Shown here: positions 62,650 to 64,000 of the stretch, piece by piece
Layout of the letters: each line of letters begins with the position of its first letter
Position numbering within the stretch: the stretch's first letter is position 1
IMG/VR virus record: IMGVR_UViG_3300036770_007174
Location: 1-64,000 of that record
Direction: 5' to 3' (one strand)
DNA from: a virus
DNA length: 64,000 nucleotides
Position numbers and translations under genes: made by a program
Notes under the pieces: generated by a model
The model's database searches: none
Told to the model about the DNA's origin: nothing
What the model saw: only the letters and a program-made list of their open reading frames with translations

Positions 62650-64000
62650 ATGCCCGTACCCTGGATGGCCGCGAAGATCGTGCTGCGTCCGGTGGGGGAA
62701 CTGCGCGCGCACGCCGGCAACGCCCGGCTGCATTCGGCAGAGCAGATCGACCAGATCAAGGCCAGCATGCTCGCCTTCGGCTTCACCAACCCGCTTCTGG
62801 TGGATGAGCATGGCGTGCTGATCGCCGGTCACGGCCGCCTCGAAGCGGCACAGGCGCTCGGCATCGCCAAGGTGCCGGTGGTCGTGCTGAAGCACCTGTC
62901 GCCGGCGCAGAAGGACGCCCTGCGGCTCGCCGACAACCGCATCGCCGAGAACGCCACCTGGGATCAGGCACTGCTGCGCGATGCGCTGGCCGGGCTGCAG
63001 CAGGCGGGCGAGCTCGATCTCGTGGCCATCGGCTTCTCGCAGGACGAGATCAGCGCGATCCTGGCCGCCGCGGACCAAGCCGTCACCGATGGCGATGCGC
63101 GAGACGAGCCGGAGAGCACCGATGTCGATGGGCCGGGTGCGACGGCGGCGGGCGGCGATGGCGACGACGAAGATCCCGCCGATGCCGCGCCGGAGCCGCC
63201 GCGCCAGGCTGTTGCCCGCGTCGGCGATGTCTGGTGCCTCGGGGATCATCGATTGGCCTGCGGCGACAGCACCGACCCGGCCATCATCGCCCGCCTGATG
63301 CGCGGCGAGGGAGCGGCGCTGCTGTTCACCTCCCCGCCGTATGGCAGCCAGAGGAACTACACCACCGGTGGCATCGGCGACTGGGATACGCTGATGCGCG
63401 GCGTGTTCCAGCACGCCGGCGAGGCCCTGCCCGCCGATGGCCAGATCCTGGTGAACCTCGGGCTCACCCATCGCGACAACGAGTGGCACCCCTATTGGCA
63501 GGGCTGGATCGAGTGGATGCGCACGATCGGCTGGCGTAGGTTCGGCTGGTATGTCTGGGACCAGGGTCCTGGCCTGCCCGGCGACTGGAATGGTCGCCTC
63601 GCGCCCAGCTTCGAGTTCCTGTTCCACTTCAACCGACAGGCCCGCAAGGCGAACAAGATCATCCCGTGCAAATGGGCCGGCGATCCGCTGCTGATGTCCG
63701 GACTGCGCCGGGCAGACGGCACGATGAGCGGCAACTCACATGAGGGGCGGCCGATCCAGGAATTCCGCATTCCGGACAACGTGGTGCGCATCACCCGGCA
63801 CAAGGAGCGGGGCATCGAGGTCGAGCACCCAGCGGTGTTCCCGGTGAAGCTGCCGGCCTTCGTCATGGAGGCGTTCTCCCAGCCCGGCGACGTGGTGTTC
63901 GAGCCCTTCTCCGGGTCCGGGACCACCATCCTGGCCGGCCAGCGCACCGGACGAGTGATCCGGGCGATCGAACTGGCGCCGGCCTATGTCGATCTCGCCA
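62650..64000 (+). CDS. ParB-like/DNA methyltransferase fusion, 3' end runs off window
   Basis: Read manually: NARLHSAEQI..FGFTNPLLVD..IAGHGR..LADNR (ParB-like); CGDS, FTSPPY, HPAVFP, FEPFSGSGTT (N4/N6 MTase). Confidence 0.88.
   Translation, partial: MPVPWMAAKIVLRPVGELRAHAGNARLHSAEQIDQIKASMLAFGFTNPLLVDEHGVLIAGHGRLEAAQALGIAKVPVVVLKHLSPAQKDALRLADNRIAENATWDQALLRDALAGLQQAGELDLVAIGFSQDEISAILAAADQAVTDGDARDEPESTDVDGPGATAAGGDGDDEDPADAAPEPPRQAVARVGDVWCLGDHRLACGDSTDPAIIARLMRGEGAALLFTSPPYGSQRNYTTGGIGDWDTLMRGVFQHAGEALPADGQILVNLGLTHRDNEWHPYWQGWIEWMRTIGWRRFGWYVWDQGPGLPGDWNGRLAPSFEFLFHFNRQARKANKIIPCKWAGDPLLMSGLRRADGTMSGNSHEGRPIQEFRIPDNVVRITRHKERGIEVEHPAVFPVKLPAFVMEAFSQPGDVVFEPFSGSGTTILAGQRTGRVIRAIELAPAYVDLA

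Larger units (their letters stand above)
1..64000. mobile_element. lambda-like temperate phage/prophage region with central defence island
   Basis: Morphogenesis, lysogeny and replication modules; no host housekeeping genes in the window. Confidence 0.85.

Overview
High-GC window that is almost entirely a lambda-like (GpA terminase, long tape measure) temperate siphophage of the type common in Alphaproteobacteria. An Acetobacteraceae/Rhodospirillales-like host is my inference only. Layout: packaging, head, lysis and tail genes (1.2-25.1 kb, with two antisense metabolic morons); a visibly lower-GC ~23 kb defence island (25.4-48.2 kb); a large serine recombinase, DUF2924 and CI/Cro switch (48.4-52 kb); Sak4/Cas4-like/helicase/primase replication genes, a putative origin, a PIN-domain moron, a lambda-like cos candidate and a ParB-methyltransferase running off the right edge. 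The island has two parts. The first is a six-gene Druantia-like system in an arrangement I do not recognise as a named type: MORC/GHKL ATPase, DruA (DUF4338), a 952 aa and a 354 aa unknown, DruE helicase-DUF1998, and a NERD nuclease-SF1 helicase. It is the best candidate for an undescribed system. The second is a catalytically inactive long-B Argonaute with a coupled PD-(D/E)xK nuclease, followed by an adenine MTase with two degenerate core motifs and a BsuBI/PstI-family endonuclease. Gene order is a circular permutation of one phage genome, or two tandem relatives, with an att-like junction near 41.2 kb. All family assignments come from motif recognition by eye; no searches were run.
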